Assembly: GCA_964640055.1 (NCBI GenBank)
Contig: CAZXFH010000009.1
Coordinates: 11,220-75,219, forward strand
DNA from: an uncultured bacterium
Lineage (GTDB): Bacteria; Fidelibacterota; UBA2242; JAFGTP01
Reading direction: 5' to 3'
DNA: 64,000 nucleotides
The notes beneath the pieces are model-generated. The model was given only the letters and a program-made list of their open reading frames with translations. It did not search any database and was not told the origin of the DNA. Of the stretch, positions 27,994 to 38,237 are shown piece by piece (the stretch's first letter is position 1; the number at the start of each line of letters is the position of its first letter). Made by a program: the position numbers and the translations under genes.

Positions 27994-28846
27994 ATGTATA
28001 ACCGAAAGCGATATAAAGGCAAAGCATCGAACCGGGCCATGGATAAATATCTCCGGGAAATAAGTCAGTTTAACCCTTTAAGCTCGGATGAGGAGGTACG
28101 TTTAACAATAAAAATCAGAGCTGGCGATAAAGCTGCCTTGCGAAAACTGATCAGATCCAATCTGCGGTTTGTCGTTAAAATCGCTAAAGAATACCAGGGG
28201 TTTCTCATTGATGGACCTAATCAGTGCAGGCAATATCGGATTAATCAAAGCGGCCACCCGCTATGATGAAACCCGGGGCTTTAAATTTATTTCCTATGCG
28301 GTCTGGTGGATTCGACAGTCCATCTTACAGGCCCTGGCAGAACACTCACGATTAATCCGGCTTCCGCTGAATCATGTCGCCAATCTGTCAAAAATATCTC
28401 AGACCTTTGAAAGGCTGAAACAACAAAAGAACCGTAGCCCCTCCATAGATGAGGTCGCAGCCAGCTTGGATGTCGAACAGGAACAGATTTTTGACACCCT
28501 GAAAGTCTCCCATTATCACCTTTCATTACAGGCTACTCTGAATGATGATGAGGAAAAAACCTTTGTGGAAATTATTGAAGATACACATGAATTACCTCCC
28601 GATGCGGCTTTGATTGAGATGTCCGTGAAAACTGATGTAAGGGAAGCCCTGGACTCCTTAAGCAAACGCCAGCGGGATGTCTTGCAAATGTATTTTGGGA
28701 TAGACCGGGATTACACCTTAAATTTGGAAGATATCGGCGAAAAATTCGATATTACCAAAGAGCGGGTTCGCCAGATTAAAGAGATGGCCTTACGGCACTT
28801 GCGCCATAAGACGAGAAGTAAAAAGTTAAAGCCCTATTTGGACTAA
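27994..28846 (+). CDS. RNA polymerase sigma-70 family factor (short RpoD/RpoS-like, about 285 aa), reading frame broken by an apparent +1 shift near 28197
   Basis: Frame 1 reads 'LRFVVKIAKEYQG'. Frame +1 continues 'RGFSLMDLISAGNIGLIKAATRYDETRGFKFISYAVWWIRQ' (regions 2.1-2.4). Regions 3 and 4 follow ('LSKRQRDVLQMYFG…EDIGEKFDITKERVRQIKEMALRHLRH'). The shift falls at a GGGG homopolymer. Confidence 0.7.
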
Positions 28847-28921
28847 TAAATCCGGCCTTATGGATTTAGCGGCAGGATGTGATCGGACTATAAGAATAGT
28901 TAGCATCACGGATTCAAGGAC

Positions 28922-29644
28922 TTGATTGTGAATATTATTCTGTTCACAGAAGAGGAGTTAAAACGGCCTCTCGCGCGACAGGATGGCCGTATCAAACATA
29001 TTGAACGCGTCCTGCACATGGGCAAGGGCGAGTGCTTTGATATAGGGGTGCTGAATGGTCCCCGCGGGAAAGCCTGTATTATGCGGCAAACCGCAACTAC
29101 AGTGGAGTTAGAGGTTACCCTGGAGGATCATATTCCCCCACTCTTCCCGCTGACTTTGATCACGGGGTATACGCGCCCTCAGACCATGCGCCGCATTCTC
29201 AGGGAAGTCACGGCCTTAGGCGTCGCCCGTGTCTGGGTGGTGGGTACTGCCAAAGGGGAAAAATCCTACCGGCAAAGCCGACTTTGGCATCGCAGGCAGT
29301 ATGTAGACTATCTAATTCAGGGTGCCATGCAAGCGTTTACGACACGCATTCCCGAGGTAAGACTTTTTCCGGCATTGAGGACTGGTCTGGCCGCTCTTGA
29401 TTCTGCCGGCGATCGCCTGGCAATGGATAATTATGAAGCAAAAAAAGCCTTGAGTGAATATGAACCCTGCCATAAGCAGGTGTTTTTGGCTATTGGCGCT
29501 GAACGTGGCTGGTCAACCCCGGAACGGGAGATGCTCCGGGAGCATGGTTTTGTGTTGACCCACATGGGCCAGCGTGTGCTGCGCAGTGATACGGCTTGCA
29601 TTGTCTCCGTAAGCCTGCTGCTGGCCCGCATGGGCTTGATTTGA
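28922..29644 (+). CDS. rsmE: 16S rRNA (uracil1498-N3)-methyltransferase RsmE family
   Basis: About 240 aa. The C-terminal 'GQRVLRSDTACIVSVSLLLA' matches the RsmE 'GPRILRTETAALAAL' block. Confidence 0.6.
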   Translation: MIVNIILFTEEELKRPLARQDGRIKHIERVLHMGKGECFDIGVLNGPRGKACIMRQTATTVELEVTLEDHIPPLFPLTLITGYTRPQTMRRILREVTALGVARVWVVGTAKGEKSYRQSRLWHRRQYVDYLIQGAMQAFTTRIPEVRLFPALRTGLAALDSAGDRLAMDNYEAKKALSEYEPCHKQVFLAIGAERGWSTPEREMLREHGFVLTHMGQRVLRSDTACIVSVSLLLARMGLI

Positions 29645-29679
29645 GGATTTAGGTAATAATGGTTCCGATCGTTTTTGGA

Positions 29680-32600
29680 TTATCCTTCGGCCATTTTCTG
29701 GTAGATCTCAAAGCGTTCCTTGACGAATTTTTCAGTTTCTTTCCAGTATTTTTCCAGCTGTTCGGGATTGGTTTTTTCTAGGGCTGTATACCGCTTTTCA
29801 TTTTCAAGTAATTCCCGGATAGGCTTCCTAGGCTCTTTGGAATCCAGAAGGAGCGGATTCTTGCCCGCTGCTTTCAGCGTTGGATTATAGCGATACAGTA
29901 ACCAATATCCACTTTGGACGGCCAATTTTTCTTCCTGCTGACTGAAGGCCAGATCAAAGCCGTGATTTATACAGGGTGCATAGGCGATAATGATGGAGGG
30001 CCCGTCATAGGCTTCCGCTTCTCGCATGGCTTTGATCAGCTGGTTTTTGTTAGCGCCCATAGCAACCGAGGCGACATAAACATATCCATAGGTCATCAGC
30101 ATGCGTCCCAGGTCTTTTTTAACTGTTGGTTTACCGGCTTCTGCAAAGCGGGCCACAGCCCCTAGAGGAGTGGCTTTGGAAGCCTGCCCGCCGGTATTGG
30201 AATATACCTCGGTATCCAGTACCAGGATGTTTACGTTCCGGTTCATGGCCATCACATGGTCCAGACCGCCGTAACCGATGTCATAGGCCCAGCCGTCGCC
30301 ACCTATAGCCCAGACGCTTTTTTCTACTATGTAATCATCCAGTTCAATCAATTTTTTCAAAAGTTTTTGAGTCTCTTCATCGCTGGCTGCTTTCAATGCG
30401 TCGGGTAACAGCGCTTTGACCTGGCGGGCATTGGTTTTGGTCTCATCACTCGTATCATGCCAGTTATCCAGGGCGTATTTCAATTTATTCTTTAAACCGT
30501 CAGCTAGGTTTTTATCCAGCACCTTTTTGATCACGGACTTCAACTGACGGCGGTTAGAATCCACGGCCAGCCGCATTCCGAACCCATATTCGGCATTGTC
30601 TTCAAACAGGGAATTGGCCCAGGCCGGACCCTCGCCATACTTGTTTTTGGCATAAGGAACAGTGGGAAAAGTGCCGCCCCAAATGGAAGAGCAACCGGTG
30701 GCGTTGGCAATGATCATACGATCGCCGAATAACTGGGTCAGCAGCTTAACATAGGGCGTTTCGCCGCACCCGGCACAGGCACCGGAGAATTCCAAGAGCG
30801 GCTGTTTAAACTGGCTGCCCTTAACCGTGGAGACTTTGAATTTTTGACTGATGACATCCTCTGGCAGGGATTCAAAGAATTCCACATTCTCAGCTTCGCC
30901 GGCTTTGCGTTCTTCCGCAATGGGTTTCATTACCAGCGCATCTGCCGGACATTCATTTACACAATCACCACAACTCTGACAATCGTCTAGATAGACCTGT
31001 ATCTTGAAATCATGGGTGTCACCGTCCGTGCTTTTGGCCTTAAGGGTGTTGAAAGTCTCCGGTTTGTTTTGCAGTAATTCGCGTTTAATGAGTTTGGGCC
31101 GGATCGCAGCATGGGGACAAACAATAGCACACATGTTACACTGAGTGCATTTATCAGCCAACCAGTGCGGTACTTCCGGTGCCACCCCGCGTTTTTCCAG
31201 CTTCATGGTTCCGAGCGGTACGCCCCCGTCAAGCGGCATATCCGAGACCGGAATATCATCACCTTTTAACTGCATCACTTTTTGGATAACATTTTTTACG
31301 AAACGGTCGGCATCTTCGGGGACCAGCCGGGGTACTTCCCGGGACTTGCCGGGGAGTTCCTGGGGTACCTTGATTTTCTGTAGTTCCGCTTCAGTGCGGT
31401 CAACTGCCTTCCAATTCATTTCCACAATTTCTTCGCCTTTCTTGATATAGGTGTTTTTAATCGCATCTTTGATCAATTTGATGGCTTTGTCTTTTTCCAG
31501 TACACCGGAAATGATAAAGAAAGCGGCTTGCATGACGGTATTAATGCGTTTGCCCAGACCTACATCAGTGGCGATCTTCAAAGCATCAATATTATAGACG
31601 TTAATATGTTTGTCAATGATCGTCTGCTGCATGTCGGCGGTTAAGTTTTCAAATACTTCCTCGGGGGACCAGTTGGAGTTTAACAGGAAAGTGCCGTTTT
31701 CTTTGATGCCGCTCAGGAGGTCGTAGCGGTCGACAAAGGACTGTTGGTGACAGGCAATAAAATCAGGACTGGAGACCAGGTATTCGGATTGGATAGGTGA
31801 ATCACCGAAGCGTAAATGGCTGCGCGTAATACCGCCGGATTTTTTTGAGTCATATTGAAAATAGCCCTGTGCATATTTATCTGTATTATCACCGATAATT
31901 TTAATGGAGTTTTTATTGGCACCGACGGTACCGTCAGCACCCAGACCCCAGAATAAACAGGAGATGGTACCTTCCGGAATGGTGTTGATCGTTTCTTTGA
32001 TATCGATGGAAGTGTGGGTAACATCATCTTTAATGCCAACGGTAAACCCATGTGAGGCCTGGCCGTCTAAGTGATCATAGACTGCTTTCACCATAGAGGG
32101 GGTAAATTCCTTGGAGGAGAGTCCGTAGCGTCCGCCGATCACATTCACTGACTTGCCTTCCATGGCGGAAGAGACATCCAGAAAGAGTGGCTCACCCAGA
32201 GAACCGGGCTCTTTAGTACGATCCAGCACTGCAATATTTTTGACAGACTCCGGTAAAGCCTTCACAAAATGATCCTTAGAAAAGGGACGGAAGAGGCGCA
32301 CTTTTAATACCCCCAGTTTTTCACCCTGATCATTTAGATAGTTGACGGCCTCCTCAATGGTTTCATTGGCACTGGCCATGGCCACAATTACTTTTTCAGC
32401 ATCCGGGGCGCCCACATAGTCAAAAAGATGGTACTGGCGACCGCTGAGCTCAGCATACTTATCCATTTGTTTCTGGACAATTTCAGGGGTGTCCAGATAG
32501 TATTGATTGACAGTCTCACGGCCCTGGAAGTAGACATCAGGATTTTCAGCGCCCACCTTGATCACGGGCCGTTCGGGATTTAATGCGTTTTCGCGAAATT

Positions 32601-33204
32601 TCTCAATCGTCTCCATATCAATCAGGTTTTTTAAGTCATCGTATTCAAAAACTTCAATTTTCTGAATTTCGTGGGAATTGCGAAAGCCGTCGAAAAAATG
32701 TACAAACGGAACCCGTGTTTTAACGGTAGACATATGGGTAATAGCGGCCATGTCCATAATCTCCTGAATACCTGCGGAGGCCAATAAGCCAAAACCGGTA
32801 TTACGGGCTGACATTACGTCAGAATGATCACCGAAAATGGATAGCGATTGGCAGGCCAGGGAACGGGCGGATACATGAAATACGGTGGGTAGCATTTCAC
32901 CCGCGATTTTGTGCATGTTGGGCAACATAAGCATCAGCCCTTGGGAGGCGGTAAAGGTGGTGGTCAGGGCACCGGCGGAAAGAGCGCCGTGCACGGCTCC
33001 CGAGGCGCCGCCTTCGGATTGCATCTCGATCACATCAACCACTTCTCCGAAAATATTCTTTCTTCCCTGAGCACCCCATTCATCCGCTTTTTCACCCATG
33101 GGCGAAGAAGGGGTGATGGGATAAATAGCAGCAACTTCACTAAATGCATACGCTACATACGCCGCTGCCGTATTGCCATCCATGCTTTTCATCGATTTTG
33201 CCAT
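29680..33204 (-). CDS. nifJ: Pyruvate:ferredoxin (flavodoxin) oxidoreductase, single-chain PFOR
   Basis: 1174 aa. N-terminus 'MDGNTAAAYVAYAFSEVAAIYPITPSSPMGE'. Two 4Fe-4S ferredoxin motifs (CTQCNMCAIVCPHAAIRP; CQSCGDCVNECP). TPP-binding 'GGDGWAYDIG'. Confidence 0.9.
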   Translation of the reverse strand: MAKSMKSMDGNTAAAYVAYAFSEVAAIYPITPSSPMGEKADEWGAQGRKNIFGEVVDVIEMQSEGGASGAVHGALSAGALTTTFTASQGLMLMLPNMHKIAGEMLPTVFHVSARSLACQSLSIFGDHSDVMSARNTGFGLLASAGIQEIMDMAAITHMSTVKTRVPFVHFFDGFRNSHEIQKIEVFEYDDLKNLIDMETIEKFRENALNPERPVIKVGAENPDVYFQGRETVNQYYLDTPEIVQKQMDKYAELSGRQYHLFDYVGAPDAEKVIVAMASANETIEEAVNYLNDQGEKLGVLKVRLFRPFSKDHFVKALPESVKNIAVLDRTKEPGSLGEPLFLDVSSAMEGKSVNVIGGRYGLSSKEFTPSMVKAVYDHLDGQASHGFTVGIKDDVTHTSIDIKETINTIPEGTISCLFWGLGADGTVGANKNSIKIIGDNTDKYAQGYFQYDSKKSGGITRSHLRFGDSPIQSEYLVSSPDFIACHQQSFVDRYDLLSGIKENGTFLLNSNWSPEEVFENLTADMQQTIIDKHINVYNIDALKIATDVGLGKRINTVMQAAFFIISGVLEKDKAIKLIKDAIKNTYIKKGEEIVEMNWKAVDRTEAELQKIKVPQELPGKSREVPRLVPEDADRFVKNVIQKVMQLKGDDIPVSDMPLDGGVPLGTMKLEKRGVAPEVPHWLADKCTQCNMCAIVCPHAAIRPKLIKRELLQNKPETFNTLKAKSTDGDTHDFKIQVYLDDCQSCGDCVNECPADALVMKPIAEERKAGEAENVEFFESLPEDVISQKFKVSTVKGSQFKQPLLEFSGACAGCGETPYVKLLTQLFGDRMIIANATGCSSIWGGTFPTVPYAKNKYGEGPAWANSLFEDNAEYGFGMRLAVDSNRRQLKSVIKKVLDKNLADGLKNKLKYALDNWHDTSDETKTNARQVKALLPDALKAASDEETQKLLKKLIELDDYIVEKSVWAIGGDGWAYDIGYGGLDHVMAMNRNVNILVLDTEVYSNTGGQASKATPLGAVARFAEAGKPTVKKDLGRMLMTYGYVYVASVAMGANKNQLIKAMREAEAYDGPSIIIAYAPCINHGFDLAFSQQEEKLAVQSGYWLLYRYNPTLKAAGKNPLLLDSKEPRKPIRELLENEKRYTALEKTNPEQLEKYWKETEKFVKERFEIYQKMAEG

Positions 33205-33376
33205 AATAGATTCTCCCTATAATTTTTAATTAATATTTCCATAACTGTCACGAAATATGCATACTTTACATTTTTGTGTAAAAATAAGTGCCCTGTCAGG
33301 TCTTTCATCCTAAACCTACAAAGACACACCCTAAAATTCAATACATTCCAAATAGTTAAAAAACAATTTATTAGGT

Positions 33377-34555
33377 TTAGTCCCCGGTTACGATAAAGAA
33401 GGGACTGTTTTGAAAACTCTTATACTTAGGCCGTAACCGGTCGGTATTATAATATTTCTCCACATTTACAATTTTACTGGTGGAGGTCACGATATCAATC
33501 GGTGTATCGCCGTAGCGACCATTGGTAAGATTCACCAGACGGCCGTGGATACCTTTTAAAATTAGATCCAAGGCGATATTACCATAGGCCATGGGCACTA
33601 CCGAATCAACTGCATCGGGATCTCCACACCGTACCAAATACCCCAGTTTTTGGTCAATTACATTAATGACTTTGTCCTTGTTAAACTGGGGCGAGACTTT
33701 TTTCAGTTCGTTGGCAACGTTTTTACCAATACCGCCTAATTTTTTATGACCAAAGGCGTCTTGTTCCTGGTTTTCAAAAGTCATTTCGCCTTCATCGAAC
33801 ATTGCGCCTTCAGAAACCAGTACAACCGAATACCGGCTGGGATTTTTATACCGGTCCTGGCTGAGCAATTCAGCCAGTCGTTCGATTCTGAATTTATGTT
33901 CCGGGATCACGCAGCGGTTCGCTGCTCCGGCCATAGTGGGTAACAGGGCGGTAAAGCCGGCATAGCGGCCAAAGACTTCAATGACCAGAAAGCGTTCATG
34001 GGAGCCGGCTGAGGTTCGCAGGGCGTGGGTCATGCTGATTGTACGGGTCACGCAGGTACTGAAACCAATACAATAATCGGTTCCGGGGACATCGTTATCC
34101 ATGGTTTTGGGGATCGCTATGACCCGCACGCCCTCTTTGTATAATCTAACCCCATAGCTGAGGGTATCATCACCACCGATAGGGATCAGATAGTCCACTC
34201 CCAGATAATCCAGATTTTTAAGTACTTCTGAGGTAAGATCGTTTATTTCAGCGGCATATTTATCACGTAAGTGCAGGGGAACGTCCCTTTTGGGGACTTT
34301 ACTGGGATTTGTCCGTGATGAATGCAGAAAAGTTCCCCCGGTGCGGCCGATTTTATTGACGATCTGTTCGCTCAAAGGTTGATAATTGTTGCGGTTATCA
34401 GCCTTTTTATCCCGGATTAAGTCGATTAGACCGGCCCAACCACGCCGAATGCCAACTACTTCATAGCCCTCCCGCAGGGCCCGAATGGTCACTGCGCGTA
34501 TTGCCGGGTTTAATCCTGGTACATCACCACCGCCTGTTAAAATTCCTATTTTCAT
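33377..34555 (-). CDS. pfp: Pyrophosphate-dependent 6-phosphofructokinase (PPi-PFK)
   Basis: 'MKIGILTGGGDVPGLN', 'GGDDT' (Asp, where ATP-PFKs have GGDGS) and 'PKTMDNDV' (Lys, where ATP-PFKs have Gly). Start taken at the internal Met giving the canonical N-terminus. Confidence 0.7.
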   Translation of the reverse strand: MKIGILTGGGDVPGLNPAIRAVTIRALREGYEVVGIRRGWAGLIDLIRDKKADNRNNYQPLSEQIVNKIGRTGGTFLHSSRTNPSKVPKRDVPLHLRDKYAAEINDLTSEVLKNLDYLGVDYLIPIGGDDTLSYGVRLYKEGVRVIAIPKTMDNDVPGTDYCIGFSTCVTRTISMTHALRTSAGSHERFLVIEVFGRYAGFTALLPTMAGAANRCVIPEHKFRIERLAELLSQDRYKNPSRYSVVLVSEGAMFDEGEMTFENQEQDAFGHKKLGGIGKNVANELKKVSPQFNKDKVINVIDQKLGYLVRCGDPDAVDSVVPMAYGNIALDLILKGIHGRLVNLTNGRYGDTPIDIVTSTSKIVNVEKYYNTDRLRPKYKSFQNSPFFIVTGD

Positions 34556-34670
34556 TGGTTTCTCCCTATTTTTTGGTCTGTCACAAAGCAAAGAAAATTA
34601 ACAGTTTCTGGATTAAAACTCAATCCTTAATTAGAGTTGACCAAGAGATTGATGGTCTGAAAATAAACAC

Positions 34671-35903
34671 TCAGGTTCTTGATGGAGGCGGGCTCAGGCG
34701 TATGAAAGGGAAGATTACCAGTAGCAGAGCAGCGGTCAGGGCAATCGCCAGACCCACCCCCAGATGGTCGGCCAGATATCCGATCAAAGGGGCTAACAGG
34801 GCCGTGGCCAGGGTTCTGACCTGCGATTCTACGGAAAGTCCGGTGGCCATAGCGTCCTCAGGAATGGTATTACTAATATAGCTGACGATCATAGGCCGTC
34901 TTATGTTTTGCAGAATGTAAAGTACTATAAACAGAACAATGGCAATGCCAAAGTATTGCCGGTTATAGAACAGACCACTGAAAAGTATCATAGCAAGACC
35001 CAGGCCAAAGAAGAAATTAACTGCCCGGGGCAGATGCCGGAAGCGGTCAGCGAAACGGGCTGAGCTCTGACTGGCATAAGCAGTCAGCATATAGATCAGA
35101 AAATAAACGACAGCGATGATAACCGCACTCCGCTCCCGCTGTTCAAGGGCTAATATGATCGGTAAGGAGAGGGCAAAGGATTTCAGAATCGGTTGTAAAT
35201 AGTCTTTTGCCGCCTTGAAAAAACCATCATAAAGGGCGGAATTCAGTATTCCGCAGCGGGCAGCACTAGGTCTTAAAAAGCGGAAGAAATCTTTGAGTCT
35301 CGGCCGGGTTTTGTGTTCTGTCTGGCCGACCTTATTTAGTGCCTTAGGGTAGGAGGCCATCAGAAACAGCTCCAGAATATAAGGAATAATCGTAGCCAGA
35401 AAAATAATACGATAAGCCCCGCTATAAAAAACCAAGGCCCCGGCGATCAGGGCCGACAGTGCTGACCCCCGCTGAGACCAGCTGCGGGTATGTCCGTAGT
35501 AATCGGTCCGCAAGTGGGAAAGGTCTTTGATTTTTAAATAACCGAAAATCATGGCCTTATGGGTGCCTGAGCGGAAGGCTTCACCGACAGCAAAAAAGAT
35601 CATGGCCAGCATATATATCCCAAAGTAGGGCAAAAAATAGAAAATGAGAAAAGAGAGAATGTAGGCCGAGAAAGAAAGCAGCATGGTGTTTTTACGTCCA
35701 AAGGTATCAGCCAACATACCACTGGGTATTTCCAGGATGGCTTTCGCGATTTCACGGACGGAAAACAGGATACCGATCTCAAAATAACTGATTCCCATTT
35801 CCCGGAAGAACAGCAGCAGGTAGGGATCGAAAAAACGCAGGTTTTTCAGGAAACCATAGGCGCAGAACTTATAATATTGCAAGTTTTTAGAGAAAGCACT
35901 CAT
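34671..35903 (-). CDS. MFS transporter
   Basis: Twelve TM helices; 'GMLADTFGRK' is the MFS loop 2-3 motif. Confidence 0.65.
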   Translation of the reverse strand: MSAFSKNLQYYKFCAYGFLKNLRFFDPYLLLFFREMGISYFEIGILFSVREIAKAILEIPSGMLADTFGRKNTMLLSFSAYILSFLIFYFLPYFGIYMLAMIFFAVGEAFRSGTHKAMIFGYLKIKDLSHLRTDYYGHTRSWSQRGSALSALIAGALVFYSGAYRIIFLATIIPYILELFLMASYPKALNKVGQTEHKTRPRLKDFFRFLRPSAARCGILNSALYDGFFKAAKDYLQPILKSFALSLPIILALEQRERSAVIIAVVYFLIYMLTAYASQSSARFADRFRHLPRAVNFFFGLGLAMILFSGLFYNRQYFGIAIVLFIVLYILQNIRRPMIVSYISNTIPEDAMATGLSVESQVRTLATALLAPLIGYLADHLGVGLAIALTAALLLVIFPFIRLSPPPSRT

Positions 35904-35982
35904 TTGGGGGTCACCTGTCCTGGATTAAGCCCTTTCTGCAGGAGGGGTCACGAATAAAAAAGATCAATTTTAGAGCAAATTA

Positions 35983-36885
35983 TTATTCACTTAATAGAAT
36001 GGAAAGCATGATTGAGTTCAGTTTTTCCCGGGAGGTATCCGATCTGGAGAGCAGTATGATCGGAACTTTGGCGCCCACCACAATACCCCCTACATTGGCG
36101 GCGGCCAGTTGCATTAACATTTTGATGATTGCATTGCCGGCGGTCAGCCCGGGCACTAGGAAAGCATCTGTCTGACCGGTAATACGGCTGTGCAGATTTT
36201 TACGCTGGGCGGCCTCTGCAGAAAGCGCCACATCCATGGCAATGGGCCCCTCGACAATGGCTGCGCCAAAAGCACCCTCCTGGCCTTGTTTTTGTAATTC
36301 CGCTGCATCCACGGTTTCTTCAATCTTGGGATTGACCTTTTCAATGGGGCACAGAAGAGCCACCTTGGGAGTTTCGATCTTTAGTTGATGCAGCACTTTG
36401 ATCAAATTGCGCAGAATCGAGGCTTTGGTTTCCAGGGCAGGACGAATATTAATACCACCATCACTCAGGGCCAGGAGTTTGGGATAAGCGGCGACCTCAG
36501 CCACAGCCACATGGCTGAGAACCTCACCGGTACGCAAGCCTTTTTGTTTATCCAAAACAGCTTTCATCAAAACGGGGGTTGAGATATGGCCTTTCATCAG
36601 GATGTCGGCTTGTCCGGTGCGGACCAGATCCACAGCCTGGATAGCATTTTCTTCCGCTGTCTTCGCCGCCACAATCTGATCCTTACGGGGGGTGTAATGT
36701 ACCTTCCGGGCAAGGGTAATAATTTTATCTGGATCACCCACCAGTAAGATCCGGGCAATGTTCTTCTCTTCAACCTCCCTGACCGCTTTTAAGACATTAA
36801 CATTTTCTGCTTTGGCAATGGAGATGGTTTTTTTACGCCTGATTCGGGCCACTGCTTGATGGATATCCTGGAATGATTTTAGCAT
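35983..36885 (-). CDS. ptb: Phosphate butyryltransferase / phosphate acyltransferase (Pta/Ptb family, short form)
   Basis: About 300 aa. 'KAENVNVLKAVREVEEKNIARILLVGD' is typical of the Ptb N-terminus. Lies immediately upstream of the butyrate kinase-like gene. Confidence 0.65.
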   Translation of the reverse strand: MLKSFQDIHQAVARIRRKKTISIAKAENVNVLKAVREVEEKNIARILLVGDPDKIITLARKVHYTPRKDQIVAAKTAEENAIQAVDLVRTGQADILMKGHISTPVLMKAVLDKQKGLRTGEVLSHVAVAEVAAYPKLLALSDGGINIRPALETKASILRNLIKVLHQLKIETPKVALLCPIEKVNPKIEETVDAAELQKQGQEGAFGAAIVEGPIAMDVALSAEAAQRKNLHSRITGQTDAFLVPGLTAGNAIIKMLMQLAAANVGGIVVGAKVPIILLSRSDTSREKLNSIMLSILLSE

Positions 36886-36903
36886 GATTGCGGATCTCCT
36901 TTA

Positions 36904-37986
36904 TTAATTTTGTTCTGCTTGATAGGTTTTCACTTCCACTTTGTGATCCACAGCTAAAAAACCGCCCTCTGCCATGGATTCCAACTCGTTTTCGCCGGGA
37001 AAGACAATTTTGTCGGCAATAAAAGCCACCCGTCTGAAAATATCACCGACTATCTTATGGGAATGGGCCATACCGCCAGTGATAACCAGTCGGTCTACTT
37101 TGCCCTCCAAAGTGGTGGCCATGGCACCCATTTCCTTGGCGGTCTGATAAATCATGGCATTATATATCAAAGCAGCTGGGGGGTCACCTTTTGCAATTCT
37201 TTGGAGCACCTCGCGCACGTCACCGGTCCCCAGGTACCCTTTTAAGCCGCTGTTTTTAGTTAATTTAACCTTCAGATCCTGTAGCGTATATTCCTCGGAG
37301 CGGGCCATTTTGATCAGTCCCTCCAGGGGTAAAGCCCCGGCCCGTTCCGGAGAGAAGGGGCCCATACCCAGTAAAGCGTCGTTGCAGTCAATGATCCGTC
37401 CCCCCTTAATCGCCGCTACTGAAATACCGCCGCCCAGATGAACAGCAACAAAATTCAAGTCGCTGATTGGTTTGCCTAAATGGTGCGCGGCCTTGCGAAT
37501 GCAGGCATTGATATTCAGGGCATGTAAACGGCTGCGACGCTCGATTTCAGGGACTCCGGAAACCCGGGCTTCCGGGATAAATTCATCCACGGTCACCGGA
37601 TCGACAATGTAGGCCGGCACATCAAAATCTTGGGCAATCCCACGGGCAATCGAGGCGCCCAGGTTACTGGCGTGGGTGGCATAGCGACAATTAATAGTAA
37701 CATCTACAATGGCGTCATTCACCTTATAAACACCGCTTTTGATCGGTCCGATGAGGCCTCCGCGGCCGACCACCGCTACCAGTTGGTAGTCCTTCAGCCA
37801 GGATTTGAAAACCCGGTTGATGATATCCAAACGCAGTTGTAATTGAGCTTTGATTGAATGCATTTTTGCGATCCGGGTGCCGGTGTGGTCGATTTTCTCG
37901 ACGTTTACGGCTCCGGAACGCTTGAACAGTCCGATTTTGGTCGATGTGGATCCGGGGTTAATGGTCAGGATAACCTCATTATCCAT
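36904..37986 (-). CDS. buk: Butyrate kinase (acetate/butyrate kinase family)
   Basis: About 360 aa. N-terminal 'ILTINPGSTSTKIGLF' is the ASKHA phosphate-1 motif. Paired with ptb. Confidence 0.7.
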   Translation of the reverse strand: MDNEVILTINPGSTSTKIGLFKRSGAVNVEKIDHTGTRIAKMHSIKAQLQLRLDIINRVFKSWLKDYQLVAVVGRGGLIGPIKSGVYKVNDAIVDVTINCRYATHASNLGASIARGIAQDFDVPAYIVDPVTVDEFIPEARVSGVPEIERRSRLHALNINACIRKAAHHLGKPISDLNFVAVHLGGGISVAAIKGGRIIDCNDALLGMGPFSPERAGALPLEGLIKMARSEEYTLQDLKVKLTKNSGLKGYLGTGDVREVLQRIAKGDPPAALIYNAMIYQTAKEMGAMATTLEGKVDRLVITGGMAHSHKIVGDIFRRVAFIADKIVFPGENELESMAEGGFLAVDHKVEVKTYQAEQN

Positions 37987-38237
37987 GCTCGCCCTCCTCT
38001 TTATATATCCTGAAGCATAAATTTGCTCCTTTTATGGTAGTAACTACAGAGACAAAAACAATGCCATTTGATTTGGACCGGAAAACACCTCGTGGAAAGA
38101 AATCTTTACCACTAATAATTTTGCCCTTGGTAAACAGTTTTCTCAATAATAATAAAACAAGCCCGGTCTACGTCAGGTGTCTGACCAGGCTGCTTTTTCT
38201 TTACCCTTTAAAAATAAAACCTTAAATTTCCGGAAGT

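Noticed and set aside
29914-33222. Multiple 60-112-aa ORFs on the plus strand inside the PFOR gene (e.g. 29914-30165, 31145-31450, 32911-33222)
   Set aside because: They lie entirely antisense to a highly conserved 1174-aa gene and have low-complexity, Ser/Pro/Arg-rich composition and no motifs. They are typical spurious antisense frames.
38034-38225. 63-aa ORF and a GUCAG-gugu-CUGAC hairpin followed by a U-rich stretch upstream of lpxH
   Set aside because: The ORF has no RBS or homology signal. The hairpin is separated from the T-tract by 8 nt and sits in a divergent promoter region (buk on minus, lpxH on plus). It is a weak terminator or attenuator candidate at best.
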